Source: Candidatus Obscuribacteraceae bacterium | GTDB taxonomy: Bacteria; Cyanobacteriota; Vampirovibrionia; Obscuribacterales; Obscuribacteraceae | Direction of reading: 5' to 3' | Assembly (NCBI GenBank): GCA_044229845.1 | Contig: JBGASG010000004.1 | Location: 433,827-497,826 of the forward strand | DNA: 64,000 nt | Shown here: positions 9,888 through 19,900 of the stretch, one piece after another | Layout: each line of letters opens with the position of its first letter | Position numbering within the stretch: position 1 is the stretch's first letter | Translations under genes and position numbers: made by a program | The notes under the pieces: generated by a model | The model's input: the letters and a program-made list of their open reading frames with translations, nothing else | Told to the model about the DNA's origin: nothing | Database searches by the model: none

Positions 9888-10211
9888 TTACAGGTCATTC
9901 AGGAAGCACTTGTCGGTGAGCTCGATGTACGCGTGCTCGATGCCCAGCTCGCAACCCGGCGCGCAGTCGCAGTAGAACGTGAAGTGCAAACGCACACCAG
10001 TTTCGATCGTCTCGATGCCTTCGACCTTTGTCTGATCAGGCCAACAGCGATCTAGGAGCATTTGGCAGCGCTGCTCCGGGTCATTCACTGGTCCGTGCCA
10101 TTCTTCACGCCGCCGGTCCAGCTCCGTCAGCTGGTCCAGTTCACCCGCGGTGAGCATCGGGATCGTCTGGTTCGCAACCCACTCCTCGCGTGAGTGACGG
10201 GGACTGCTCAT
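9888..10211 (-). CDS. Hypothetical protein
   Basis: Co-oriented, tightly packed ORF with RBS. Confidence 0.6.
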   Translation of the reverse strand: MSSPRHSREEWVANQTIPMLTAGELDQLTELDRRREEWHGPVNDPEQRCQMLLDRCWPDQTKVEGIETIETGVRLHFTFYCDCAPGCELGIEHAYIELTDKCFLNDL

Positions 10212-10247
10212 AGTGAGACCGCCTTTCTTCTTCAATCAACTTGCTTG

Positions 10248-10751
10248 TTATGCAAACCGCAGGAGGCGGTGCACCATTGCCACGACCAGCGCCGTAAACA
10301 AGAACACGCAGTGCGTGATCACGTGACGCACCCAGACATCGGTGGGCACCTCAGTCACGATGATGTCCTCCAACAGCTTGGCACTGGAGTATCCGACGAA
10401 TGCAAGTCCAACCTTGACCTTCATGGTCACGATGTTGATGTGCTCGAGCCACTCGGGTCCGTTTGTCCTCACGATTCGCCGGATGTAGATGTGGTGTCCG
10501 CCCATGATCACCGATATCAAAAGCCACTCGGTCATCGCTTCTTCCAGCAGCTCAACCACTGCCAGAACCAGATCATTGCCGCTTCTATCACCAACGACGT
10601 AGGCACCGAAATGGTAGATGAGCTGTGCCGCTTCACTCAGCATGTGCACCAAATAGACAACGGCGCACACCAGCAAAACGAGCTGGACCAAGTAAAGAAT
10701 CCAGCGCGTCCGGTAAATCAAGTCGTCGATCTTCTTGTCGCGCATCTGCAT
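10248..10751 (-). CDS. YqhA/UPF0114-like membrane protein
   Basis: TM helices; LAVVELLE..LLISVIMGG...PEWLEHINIVTMKVKVGLAFVGYSS pattern matches UPF0114. Confidence 0.7.
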   Translation of the reverse strand: MQMRDKKIDDLIYRTRWILYLVQLVLLVCAVVYLVHMLSEAAQLIYHFGAYVVGDRSGNDLVLAVVELLEEAMTEWLLISVIMGGHHIYIRRIVRTNGPEWLEHINIVTMKVKVGLAFVGYSSAKLLEDIIVTEVPTDVWVRHVITHCVFLFTALVVAMVHRLLRFA

Positions 10752-10806
10752 CTCTTTCGACTCGAGTATCTTTCAGTTCTGACTCTGCACGACATTGAGC
10801 AACTGA

Positions 10807-11544
10807 TCAGCAGTTAGGTAGGTTGTACAGCAGCGTCTGCAGCACCTCGTTGCTCGACCACTGGTCGCCGAACTTTTCGGCCCAGTCCAACAACTTCGCA
10901 ACCAGCTGCACCGCCCGCAGATCCTCGGACGGCACCAGCTGGAAAACTGCTGCCCGCGCCGAGTGCTCGATGTTCCTCGCCCCGAGCGCGATCGGGTCGA
11001 AACGCGAATCACACACCGGCAGCAGCTGGGTGAGATTGAAGCCCTCGCGATCGACATCCGCCAGACCCAGGCGAGCCAGGTCGGCCTCCCAGACTGCTTG
11101 CGAAGCCAATTCGACCGCCACGCGCAGCTTGTTGGCCAGCACGAAACGCTTGAGTGACGCCTCCAGCGGTTTTTCCGGCCGGGGCGCCCAGGTGGTGCCC
11201 GGGAACCGAGCACTGTCGTAGAGTCCAGGCGGCTTCTGAATCTGTGCGATTTCGCGCAGCAGCTCCGCGTCGGTGCCGGCGGCCTGCCATGCCCGTCCGT
11301 GAGCCGTCGCGAAAAGCTGGTAAAGACCATCGCGGCAAGCATTGAGCGTGCCGACCCGGTGCGAAACCTGTGCTTTCAGCAAGTCGGTCTCGCGGTGGGT
11401 GAGATGGTTGTTCTGAAAGCACAGTGCTTCCAGACGCCTGCGCGACTCAAGCGTGGCGTCGCGGGCGGCCTTGACCTTGGCGATCGCGGCGACGACAGCC
11501 TCGCAGTAGCGACGAGCGCTGGTAGTCGGCGTTTTGTCTGTCAT
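10807..11544 (-). CDS. Hypothetical helical protein
   Basis: 245-aa ORF in the co-oriented run. Confidence 0.65.
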   Translation of the reverse strand: MTDKTPTTSARRYCEAVVAAIAKVKAARDATLESRRRLEALCFQNNHLTHRETDLLKAQVSHRVGTLNACRDGLYQLFATAHGRAWQAAGTDAELLREIAQIQKPPGLYDSARFPGTTWAPRPEKPLEASLKRFVLANKLRVAVELASQAVWEADLARLGLADVDREGFNLTQLLPVCDSRFDPIALGARNIEHSARAAVFQLVPSEDLRAVQLVAKLLDWAEKFGDQWSSNEVLQTLLYNLPNC

Positions 11545-11597
11545 GGTGATTCCGTTCTTTCGAGTCTGGATTTCGGTTTGAATGAATGCGGCCTACT

Positions 11598-11966
11598 TCA
11601 GTTGCTGCGCCAGCCTCCCTCCTCTCTCACGACCTCCGACAACTCATCCCGGAGGGCCAGTTGGGCAAGAAACTTTCGTTCGAAGACTCTCAGTTCGCGC
11701 CGGTTGGCACGCCGGATGCGCATGGCACCGACCTTTCTTTTGATGTGGGCGAGGGTCTTCGTCGGCAAGCGCGGTCGCTTGCCCTTGGAGGTTACGTCGG
11801 CGGCGATCACTTCCCGCTCTTCGTCGGTGGGCTCGCGGTCGCGGCGCGCCTTGCAGTTGGTGCACCGGAAGCGCAGCATCATGTCGCCTCGAATCAGCCA
11901 GAAACTCTTGCCGCTGGCGGTGACTGTCTTCTTACACTTGGTGCAGTCCCAGATGTCAGTGATCAT
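11598..11966 (-). CDS. Basic zinc-ribbon protein
   Basis: CTKC...CTNC, Arg/Lys-rich C-terminus; start overlaps the upstream gene end. Confidence 0.6.
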   Translation of the reverse strand: MITDIWDCTKCKKTVTASGKSFWLIRGDMMLRFRCTNCKARRDREPTDEEREVIAADVTSKGKRPRLPTKTLAHIKRKVGAMRIRRANRRELRVFERKFLAQLALRDELSEVVREEGGWRSN

Positions 11967-12390
11967 GTTGGTCCCGTCGTTTCTGTTCGTCGGCGGCCAC
12001 CTCCGAGAGCATCCGCAGCCTGTCGAGGTCATGCAGAAAGTCTCGGAGGTACGCTTCCATGATCTTCTGGTTGGCACGCCGCTCTTGACGCACCATCCAT
12101 TTCTCTTTGACCGACCCGCCCGAACTGATCGAACGCTGCGTCGGTCGCCCAAATAACTCCGATTCGTCCGTTGCCACCAGCGTAGCGACCTGCTGGTGCT
12201 GCTCGTGAATCCGGCAGTTACGGCAGCGAGCCGTGTCGGGTCGCGGGTGAGCACTGCGGCTGCCCGCCAGGACACGCTTGCACAAGTCACAGACCAGCGA
12301 GTCCCGATACAGGTTGAGCTTCGGCAGCAGCCAGGCGGCGATCGGCATGGCAACAGCCAGCACGAGCAAACCGCAAATCAAATCACTCAT
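11956..12390 (-). CDS. Membrane-anchored CxxC protein
   Basis: GGAG RBS, N-terminal TM, CDLC..CRNC. Confidence 0.6.
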   Translation of the reverse strand: MSDLICGLLVLAVAMPIAAWLLPKLNLYRDSLVCDLCKRVLAGSRSAHPRPDTARCRNCRIHEQHQQVATLVATDESELFGRPTQRSISSGGSVKEKWMVRQERRANQKIMEAYLRDFLHDLDRLRMLSEVAADEQKRRDQHDH

Positions 12391-12781
12391 CAAACTCTCC
12401 TTGTCTGTCTTCGAAGCCACTATGCAGCAGCGCACAAACGGCAGGGACGCCGCGTGCCACCGTCCTGGGGGGGCAGTTGCGACAGCGGAACGTGTCGGCA
12501 CCGCAGGCGACACCAACCGGTCGTGCCGCACAACGGTTAGTACGCGAACGCACGCCGCCGGCGGCGCACTGCTCACAGGGCACACCGACCGACTTGCCGC
12601 CGCCAGCCAGATCATCTGCGGGCTGCGATGCCAGCAGTGTTATGGCATTATCTCTCTCGGCGCCGGCAGCTTTGAGCCGTTCGTCACGCGCCGCTGCATC
12701 CAGCCCTGGTTGCGACTGAATCTGCGTCACCAAAGCTGCATGCGCTTTCTGAATCGCTGCCATTTTTTGCAAGAAACTCAC
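12383..12781 (-). CDS. Cys-rich hypothetical protein
   Basis: CEQC, CRNC and further Cys; GGAG RBS; overlaps the next start. Confidence 0.6.
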   Translation of the reverse strand: MSFLQKMAAIQKAHAALVTQIQSQPGLDAAARDERLKAAGAERDNAITLLASQPADDLAGGGKSVGVPCEQCAAGGVRSRTNRCAARPVGVACGADTFRCRNCPPRTVARGVPAVCALLHSGFEDRQGEFDE

Positions 12782-12812
12782 GGGAGCTCCTTCCTGTTTC
12801 TCATCTGAAAGC

Positions 12813-13775
12813 TCAGCGTGAACGGCCCTTCAGTACACGCAGAGCCTGTCGCAGCAAGGGATCTTGCTGCACGATACCAAACCGAGATGCATCCAGCTGC
12901 ATCGCAGTGGCGGTGCCCGGCAGGTTCGGCATCACTCCGAAACGTTGCTTCTGCCCATCTCCCAGCCAGTGTCCGCCGGGTGAGTAGTACCGGCTGGCGG
13001 TGATTTGCAGAAGCGCCGCTCCATTGAGCGACACATGCTTCTGCAGATTTCCCTTGCCGACGGTTTGCTCACCCAGGACCAGAGAACCGTTCTCCTGTAA
13101 GAGCCTGGCCAAGATTTCGGCGGCGCTGGCGGTATTGCGGTCAACGAGAACTACAACCTGCTGACCGCGCAACGAGTACACGAGGCGCCGCTTTTCGGAA
13201 ACGACCCGCGTCCGCCACCAGGGCAGAGACGACGATGTACTCACCGTTTCTCGCTGGGCGTTTATGAAATACGCCCGGGTGACCTGTTTCCAGGGATGCA
13301 CGCGCTCGCTGATGCTCCCGAGCGGTCCTTCAGGCAGCATCAGCTGAGCGCAATTGAGCGCCAACTCGACTTGACCGCCAAGATTCGCACGCAAATCGAG
13401 CACCAACCCGTTGAATTTCACGAGCCGCGAGATCGCCCTCTGCAACTGCCAATCGCAGTCGTCGGGCATGAAATCCTCGATGCGAACATAGCCGCCGTCA
13501 CCAATCAGTTGACTGGTGACGGCGACCGGCTGACGGGTGAGCAGGCGAATGCGAGACTGAGCGGAGGCGTCGTACAGGCAGGTAAACTCGTCCTGCAACG
13601 ACGCCACCATCGTCTGCGCATAACCCAGCGCATCGTCGGTCGAATGAATGAGCTTGTCGAAACGATGCTCCCAACCGCGCCAGTTTGACAGCCTGGAGCG
13701 ATCGAAGTACATCTGCCGCACCAGTTTCCAGATGTGATGGTAAATCTGGACGGGCTCAGCGAATCGTATGTTCAT
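12813..13775 (-). CDS. S41-family peptidase lacking a PDZ domain
   Basis: LVLDLRANLGG, TASAAE (catalytic Ser), GEQTVGKG (Lys), YYSPGG. Confidence 0.85.
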   Translation of the reverse strand: MNIRFAEPVQIYHHIWKLVRQMYFDRSRLSNWRGWEHRFDKLIHSTDDALGYAQTMVASLQDEFTCLYDASAQSRIRLLTRQPVAVTSQLIGDGGYVRIEDFMPDDCDWQLQRAISRLVKFNGLVLDLRANLGGQVELALNCAQLMLPEGPLGSISERVHPWKQVTRAYFINAQRETVSTSSSLPWWRTRVVSEKRRLVYSLRGQQVVVLVDRNTASAAEILARLLQENGSLVLGEQTVGKGNLQKHVSLNGAALLQITASRYYSPGGHWLGDGQKQRFGVMPNLPGTATAMQLDASRFGIVQQDPLLRQALRVLKGRSR

Positions 13776-13789
13776 GGCGCTCCTAAGCG

Positions 13790-14239
13790 CTAGTCGGTGG
13801 GGATCACCGGCACCGGCGACGCGGAGAGGATGACGACCCGGTCCTGGAAGCCGACGATGCGCGCCTGCACGCAGTCACCCAGATTGAGGGCTTCGAACTG
13901 CTCGTCGGAGACGTCGTACCAGCTGAGGTATCCCGCCTGACCGCAGGGCAGCACAATCTCGTACTGTCCATTGGAGTTTTCACCGACGATGCGCGCGGAG
14001 ACGACCTCGCCCACGAGGTGTTCCTCCGGTAGCGGATTCATCGACACCGTGAACGGAACGCTCTGCTCCTCCAGCCTGGCGGCGACGTCGGCGACGTTGA
14101 CCGGCTGCTTGCCCTGCTGGAGAAGCTTCACGACCTTAGCCACTTTGCGCGTGCGCCGCCAGATGCGGATGTGCTTGCGCGCGATGACGAAGGTGACGGT
14201 CAGCCCAAGGGCGATGAAAACAATTGCTGCTGCGTTCAT
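13790..14239 (-). CDS. Membrane-anchored S1-like domain protein
   Basis: N-terminal TM; VGEVVSARIV...GYLSWYDVS...LNLGDCVQARIVG..VILS resembles an S1 fold. Confidence 0.65.
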   Translation of the reverse strand: MNAAAIVFIALGLTVTFVIARKHIRIWRRTRKVAKVVKLLQQGKQPVNVADVAARLEEQSVPFTVSMNPLPEEHLVGEVVSARIVGENSNGQYEIVLPCGQAGYLSWYDVSDEQFEALNLGDCVQARIVGFQDRVVILSASPVPVIPTD

Positions 14240-14270
14240 TTCATTCTTCTTTCTGGTCGTTGCGAAACTG

Positions 14271-14690
14271 TTATTTAAATGTGTCGATGCCGGTGCGATT
14301 TGTTCTGCGAACAATCGCAGTGCCGAGTGAAAGCCCAATGGCGAACCAGAGCACGAAGAGCACCAGCCCGCCGGCGGCAGACCATGAGAGCGTCGGCAGA
14401 TTGGCTGTCTCGAACGGGGAGATCAGCGGTGCCGAGATGTTGAGCGGCAGTATGACGAAATACGGCCCCCACATCATTACTTGTCGAGGAGCACCGCGCA
14501 CACACAGCACCACCAAAGCCGCACACAAAGCGATGGCGGCTCCGAGTTCACCGCCACCAATGGCGAGCGCGTGACGATCGGAAGCCATGAACATGAGCGC
14601 AATCGCCGCGTTGCATACGAGCGAACCGACAATCGCCACGGCGATCGCTGTCAGACTTTTCAGCGCGCGGTCCGAATCAGTGCGATTCAT
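14271..14690 (-). CDS. Multi-pass membrane protein
   Basis: Four hydrophobic segments; AGGA RBS. Confidence 0.6.
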   Translation of the reverse strand: MNRTDSDRALKSLTAIAVAIVGSLVCNAAIALMFMASDRHALAIGGGELGAAIALCAALVVLCVRGAPRQVMMWGPYFVILPLNISAPLISPFETANLPTLSWSAAGGLVLFVLWFAIGLSLGTAIVRRTNRTGIDTFK

Positions 14691-14706
14691 TTCTATCCTT
14701 CCTGTG

Positions 14707-15399
14707 TCAGGTGGTCGAAGAGGCGAGCACCGTGCGAAATTCCGCCGGCGGCAAAACCGGCGGCGGCAGTGCTCCGTCGGGCAACACGCCACCGGCGCGC
14801 GCCTGCCAGAACATCCAGACGCCCCAATTGAGACCGGCAGGCGCCGTCCACGCTGCCTTGATCTGACGCACCGACCAGCCGGTCGGCATCGGCACCGAGG
14901 GGATGTAGACGGACATCCACCGCGAGCTGTCGTCCGGGTGGACCCAGTGCTCCTTGACCGGCACCACCGCCCAGGCACCACTGGAGAAAAACCAGACGAC
15001 CTCGGATTCGGCATCCGGCGCCGCCGCACCGTCGGCGGTGGCAACAGCTTGCCTCGGCAGCTTGACCAGATTGCGGACAGCCTTGTAGAGCGAGAAACGG
15101 CCGGCCAGCTGATCGCAAAGCACGATCGCTTTGCGCCCCCGTTTGGTGGCGAAAGCCTGTCCGACGCCCAGCAGCAGCAGGGCAGCCAGCAGCAGGCAAG
15201 AAACTTTCGAGCCGGCCACCGCGGGCGAGATCGAAACCGCTCTGCCGATCAGCACCGCAAACCCACCGAGGAAGGTCTGCACCGGCTCTGCAACCGCCTT
15301 GAGCAGGTAGAGGAGAATCAGCACCGGGGCGATGATTTTCAACGCATTGACCAGCCGCGTGCGCAGCGCTGCGGTGATGTGCGTCCACTTTTCCTTCAC
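14707..15399 (-). CDS. DUF502-like membrane protein
   Basis: IIAPVLILLYL..two TMs..LYKAVRNLV..VYIPSVPMPTGW. Confidence 0.7.
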   Translation of the reverse strand: MKEKWTHITAALRTRLVNALKIIAPVLILLYLLKAVAEPVQTFLGGFAVLIGRAVSISPAVAGSKVSCLLLAALLLLGVGQAFATKRGRKAIVLCDQLAGRFSLYKAVRNLVKLPRQAVATADGAAAPDAESEVVWFFSSGAWAVVPVKEHWVHPDDSSRWMSVYIPSVPMPTGWSVRQIKAAWTAPAGLNWGVWMFWQARAGGVLPDGALPPPVLPPAEFRTVLASSTT

Positions 15400-15545
15400 G
15401 AGCGGGGATCTTTCTTGCGAAGCCTGGCAAGCCAGGCGGTGAACACCTTCGCGATCGGCTTGCCGAGCGGCTCGGCGAAAGCCAGCACACCCAGGAAGGT
15501 TGCCGTGAGGGCGAAAACCGAAATGGTGAAAACGGTATTGGACAT
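15396..15545 (-). CDS. 49-aa membrane peptide
   Basis: MSNTVFTISVFALTATFLGVLAFAEPLGKPIAKVFTAWLARLRKKDPRS; stop overlaps the DUF502 start (GTGA). Confidence 0.55.
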   Translation of the reverse strand: MSNTVFTISVFALTATFLGVLAFAEPLGKPIAKVFTAWLARLRKKDPRS

Positions 15546-15585
15546 TGTTTCTTCTTTCTGTGATTGGGCGCCTGAGGCGCCGGGA

Positions 15586-16062
15586 CTACTGCAGTCCGTG
15601 CAGTTGCAGCAGGTCTTGAGTGGACATCTGGATGAGCGAGTAGCGATGCGCCATGAAGCCGGTGGGGTAGCGCGCCGCTTCGCAGAGACTGGTCAGCCGG
15701 CTCCAGCACTGGTCGTAGCGCTGCCGCGGCAGCTCAAGAGCCTGCGAGAGGCGCGCGCGTTCACGTTCCAGCGCCACCAAAAGCGGGTGTGGGTCGAGGT
15801 GGAGACGCGGGTCGAAGGGTGTCTCCTGGCGCTGCGCCGCCATCGCCCGCTGGAACTCCCAGTACGCCTGAAGGTTCGCAGCCAACAGATCGCGCAACGC
15901 TTCTCGCGTCTCGGTCATCGATGACTCGATCGCCGCGATCTCCTCGGCGGGAATACCGGCCATTTCTGCCAGCGGAGCGAACCCGGTGTTGTCGTTCGCG
16001 AGGATGAAAACTCGCAGGGAGGCAGCCGCTTCCACGATCTGCTCCCGTGTGTATTCGGTCAT
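15586..16062 (-). CDS. Hypothetical protein
   Basis: 158-aa ORF with AAGG RBS. Confidence 0.65.
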   Translation of the reverse strand: MTEYTREQIVEAAASLRVFILANDNTGFAPLAEMAGIPAEEIAAIESSMTETREALRDLLAANLQAYWEFQRAMAAQRQETPFDPRLHLDPHPLLVALERERARLSQALELPRQRYDQCWSRLTSLCEAARYPTGFMAHRYSLIQMSTQDLLQLHGLQ

Positions 16063-16106
16063 GATTGCCTTTCGTTTTCTGGAATGATCTGAACTGTGAT
16101 GTTGCG

Positions 16107-16406
16107 TCAGTACATGGTGCGCTGACCGCGAATGGTGCCGTGCGGCGGTTCGATCAGTCGCACCTGCACGAAGATGGCATCGCCATCCGACACCAGGTCT
16201 GTCATAGCCAGCCGCTTGTCCTTTTGGAACTCGAGAAACTCAACCGCACCTTTCCCGAGGGCAACAAAAATCTCAGGTTCGAAGTCGACGTATAACATCG
16301 CCTCTCCCACCGAGTACGGAAAGCCGCGGGCAGGCAACGTGACGAAGTGAGTTTCATCACTCACGAACGCTACCGAAATGCCCCCAGCTGCAAGTGCATC
16401 AGTCAT
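16107..16406 (-). CDS. Hypothetical protein
   Basis: AGGA RBS before MTDALAAGG. Confidence 0.55.
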   Translation of the reverse strand: MTDALAAGGISVAFVSDETHFVTLPARGFPYSVGEAMLYVDFEPEIFVALGKGAVEFLEFQKDKRLAMTDLVSDGDAIFVQVRLIEPPHGTIRGQRTMY

Positions 16407-16470
16407 GTTTCCTGCCTTGTCTGCCATTGATCGTGGTGGTGCGGGGCGCTCTGTTTCCCTAACGGATGCG

Positions 16471-17439
16471 TCACGAGGCGATGTCCAGCGTGTCCGGCAC
16501 CACCATCTCTGAGTGACCTGTTTGCTTGATCGCCTCATTGATTGTGGAGATCAGGTCCGCGATCAAGCTCTCAACCTGCCCTGCGATGCACTGAGACGGC
16601 GCCTGATTCTCGTTGAGTTCTTCCAGAGCAAAGGAAATGACCGCCACCGATCGCCGCACTGTGTGCAATGCCTGAGCAAGATTCTGCGGCCATTGCGACT
16701 CCGTGCACTTGCGACCGGCAGCGTCGAGCCGGATTTCGAAAGCCTTCAGTGATTCGTCCGTCAGCTGGAGCGTCTGCAATGCAAAGCCCAACTGCTGCAG
16801 CATTGTCACTGCAACCTGTTGTGACGAGGCAGCGAGAATGGCTCTCTGCGCGTCCTGATGCCCATCCTGCACTGCCGCGGACTGGAGTTGCAGGCAGTTG
16901 CTGCCCGTCATCTCCTCCCATGTAGCAAATCTCCGCAGACGGCCGGGTTTTTCTGTCGTGACCGTGACGCTGCTGTGCTCAGAACTTTCACCGTCCTTGA
17001 AGCGCTGCCATTTCGACCGACGCGTGGTGACAATTCTGAAGGAGTCGCCCATTTCCAGCTGCACCATCAACGTCGTGGTGCCCGTGGAAGCGTCCGTGAG
17101 CGAGGACAGGACCTGACACGTCCCAGGCTCTACCGTGACGCTCTTTTTCTCGCCCCTGGACAAGCCAGTGACTATGACGATGGTGGCGGTATCTGAGCCG
17201 CTTCCTGAAACGAATCGCAGACCTTGCAGGGTCTGTTCCAGGCGGACTTGACCGCCCAAAACCCTGAAGCGCCGCATGTCCTCGTACTTAAATGTGACCG
17301 CGGCATCGGGGACGATCACTCTTTGATTGCCGAACATTATGTAACTGTGATTGCACTGATCGACCCGCGGAGAGGTGTCTGTCGCCCTGTACTGGAATAG
17401 GCTTCCGTACTCCGGTGCGTGAATTTGTCGGATTAACAT
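16471..17439 (-). CDS. Hypothetical protein; N-terminal beta domain shared with 20541..21233
   Basis: AAGGA RBS; YIMFGNQRVIVPD and LEMGDSFRIV motifs. Confidence 0.7.
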   Translation of the reverse strand: MLIRQIHAPEYGSLFQYRATDTSPRVDQCNHSYIMFGNQRVIVPDAAVTFKYEDMRRFRVLGGQVRLEQTLQGLRFVSGSGSDTATIVIVTGLSRGEKKSVTVEPGTCQVLSSLTDASTGTTTLMVQLEMGDSFRIVTTRRSKWQRFKDGESSEHSSVTVTTEKPGRLRRFATWEEMTGSNCLQLQSAAVQDGHQDAQRAILAASSQQVAVTMLQQLGFALQTLQLTDESLKAFEIRLDAAGRKCTESQWPQNLAQALHTVRRSVAVISFALEELNENQAPSQCIAGQVESLIADLISTINEAIKQTGHSEMVVPDTLDIAS

Positions 17440-18088
17440 GTTGTTTCCTTTCTTGCTGAAGCGCTCGTCGACTGCTCGTGATTGACGAGTTAGCTGAGAC
17501 TGAAAAAGCAAAGTCAGGCTTGCTGCTGGGTGCTTTGATATCGGAAATTGCGGGGTTGTCGAGAGGATTCAACTGTAGCGCTGCCGGTGCGTATATCAAA
17601 GACATGCAAATCTTTTTTCTAGAGATTCGGTGATACTGCGTTAGCTCAACACGCGCTAGGCAGAAACCGAATGGCAGAAAAACCCAGACACAGCAAGGCT
17701 TTACGCAACCAACAGGATATCCGACACGACACCGCCCGTGATGGCGTAAACAAGTTCTGAAATGCGCGTATAAAACTTGTGAAAAACAGACGATACTACC
17801 GGTGGTGCCTGTTCTGGACTGGCAATAATGAGTAAATCTGGCACGGAGTTAGCGCACCTGTGCATAGTTTGACGAGCACCTTGCATATATTCAATGTCGC
17901 GCCTCTTCGCTCTGCGCCATCTCAAATCGTAAGGTGAAGTCATCATCTAATCGCTTCTCTGCACTTCAACCAAAACCCGCACATTTCCATAGCTAGCCTC
18001 AAACCGAGTCCATCTCGCAGTACGAGTCGTGTCGGCACATCTTCAGTCCGTCTCGATGACCGTCAGCGCGTGACGACAGAAAGGAGTC

Positions 18089-19237
18089 ATGATGGACACT
18101 CAATTCACAATCAAGCGCTGCCGGTCCGTGCTCGAATCAGCATGGAAGTCGCAGCCCGGCTACACCAGTCCCAACCCCAAGCAATACCCCTGGCAGTGGC
18201 TCTGGGACTCATGTTTCCACGCCATCGCCTGGGCCGCCCTCGGCGACCGCCGCGCCGTCATCGAGATGGAGAGCCTGTTCAGCAAGCTCTTGCCCTCAGG
18301 CTTCTTGCCCAACATGCTCTACCACACAAGCCCCTACAACGGCTTCTGGATGTGGCGCCGGCGCGGGCACTCGACCATCACGCAGCCGCCGATGTACGGA
18401 CACACGCTGCGCGTGCTGCATGAGAGCGGCTTCGACATCAATCACTTGCTGGCACCGGCCACGAAGGCGCTGCACTACCTGATCGACTCGCGTCTGGACC
18501 CGCGCACCGGATTGGTGAAGATCTACCATCCGTGGGAAAGCGGCTGCGACGACTCACCGCGCTGGGACCGCTGGATGCTGGGCGGTGCGTATAATCGCGC
18601 GCGCTGGAACCTCACCAAGTTCGCCCTCACGCAAACCATGAAGGTGCGCGGCGGCGGTGCGGTGGGCAACCGGTCGTTCCGAGTCTGCTCGTCGATGTTC
18701 AACGCGCTGGTGGCATTCAACGCCTTCGAGCTGGCCCGCCTCACCGGCGACGAACACCTGGTGCGGAAAGCGCGCGGCATTGCCGGTGCCCTGGAGAAGA
18801 CCTGGAGCAGCGAGCATGGCACCTGGGTCGATCTGCTTCCTGGGTCTGCCCGCGTCAGTTCGTCGGTGGCGACGCACGAAGCGTTTCTTCCCCTCCTGGT
18901 CGTCGAGAACGAAGAGCAACGCAATGAAGCGTGGTCGCATCTGACCTCGCAAGCGTTTCTTCGCCCGCACGGCATCGCCGGCGTCTCGACCCAGGAACCG
19001 TCCTATAACCCGGACGGCTACTGGCGCGGTGGATGCTGGCCGCAGATCTGCTACCTGCTCTGGGTGGCGGCAGTGCGGCAGCAACGGGACGAACGAACGC
19101 TGATCGAACCGCTGATCGTGCGCGGAATTCTGGGCTCGGACTTCGCCGAGTACTGGAACCCGGAGACTGGTGCTCCGCTGGGAGCCCAGCCGCAGTCGTG
19201 GTCGCCGGTGGTGATGCACATCGCAAGCGCGGAATAG
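18089..19237 (+). CDS. MGH1/GH63-like (alpha/alpha)6 glycoside hydrolase
   Basis: YPWQWLWDSCF, TQPP, HPWESGCDDSPRWD, YWRGGCWP, FAEYWNP. Confidence 0.85.
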   Translation: MMDTQFTIKRCRSVLESAWKSQPGYTSPNPKQYPWQWLWDSCFHAIAWAALGDRRAVIEMESLFSKLLPSGFLPNMLYHTSPYNGFWMWRRRGHSTITQPPMYGHTLRVLHESGFDINHLLAPATKALHYLIDSRLDPRTGLVKIYHPWESGCDDSPRWDRWMLGGAYNRARWNLTKFALTQTMKVRGGGAVGNRSFRVCSSMFNALVAFNAFELARLTGDEHLVRKARGIAGALEKTWSSEHGTWVDLLPGSARVSSSVATHEAFLPLLVVENEEQRNEAWSHLTSQAFLRPHGIAGVSTQEPSYNPDGYWRGGCWPQICYLLWVAAVRQQRDERTLIEPLIVRGILGSDFAEYWNPETGAPLGAQPQSWSPVVMHIASAE

Positions 19238-19318
19238 GTCGGATTTCTTCGGGCACAGTTTGTGCGGACTGTGCCCGAAGAACCCGCCTTACTAGCATCA
19301 TTTCAAAAACCGTTGCCG

Positions 19319-19335
19319 TACTATACCTCTTCGTA
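19319..19335. other. ACTA-N7-TAGT family site (variant)
   Basis: TACTA TACCTCT TCGTA, between convergent genes. Confidence 0.6.
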
Positions 19336-19457
19336 GCACGAAAGAACAAAAAACACTCGCGGGGTGTTTGATGCGTACGCCATGGAGCACCGAAAGGCGG
19401 AATGCGGCAGCACACCGCCCTTCGGTACATCGTTAAGTTGTTACCGGCGCGGTGCGG

Positions 19458-19811
19458 CTAGCACCACTCGTCGACGTCGTCGTCACCCTCACCATCGACC
19501 TCGATGGTGACGGTAAACGTCTTGATGACAGCGTTGCCGTTGCCGGGCGTCTGCTTGCGCTCGAGTTTCAGGGTCTCGGATCCGGATGCGGCAGCCTGAA
19601 ACTGCAAGCGCTGCACTCCCGTCTCCACCTGCTCGTCGCCGTAGAAGTAGATGGCCTGGCTCTGGCTGGGGTCGTACGGCCACTCGAAGCCCCACTTATC
19701 GACTGACGAGTGCGGCAACGTGATCCAGACCAGTTCGCCGGCGGCGACCGTCACGGTCTGACCGTCATGCGACTCATCCAGATTGTGGACTTTTCCTCGA
19801 CGCCACCACAT
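19458..19811 (-). CDS. Protease inhibitor I42 (chagasin)-like protein
   Basis: DGQTVTVAAGELVWITL..GFEW..FQAAASGSETLKL..FTVTIEV; canonical NPTTG loop absent. Confidence 0.65.
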   Translation of the reverse strand: MWWRRGKVHNLDESHDGQTVTVAAGELVWITLPHSSVDKWGFEWPYDPSQSQAIYFYGDEQVETGVQRLQFQAAASGSETLKLERKQTPGNGNAVIKTFTVTIEVDGEGDDDVDEWC

Positions 19812-19900
19812 AGTTTTCTCCTGTGGGTCTGGCACCAATGGTGCAAAGTTGAAGCAAGGAGCTGCCTGCCCAGCTCCTTACTCGGCGATGTCAGCGACAG

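Noticed and set aside
9563..17439. Prophage
   Set aside because: No structural, terminase, integrase or lysis genes are recognisable
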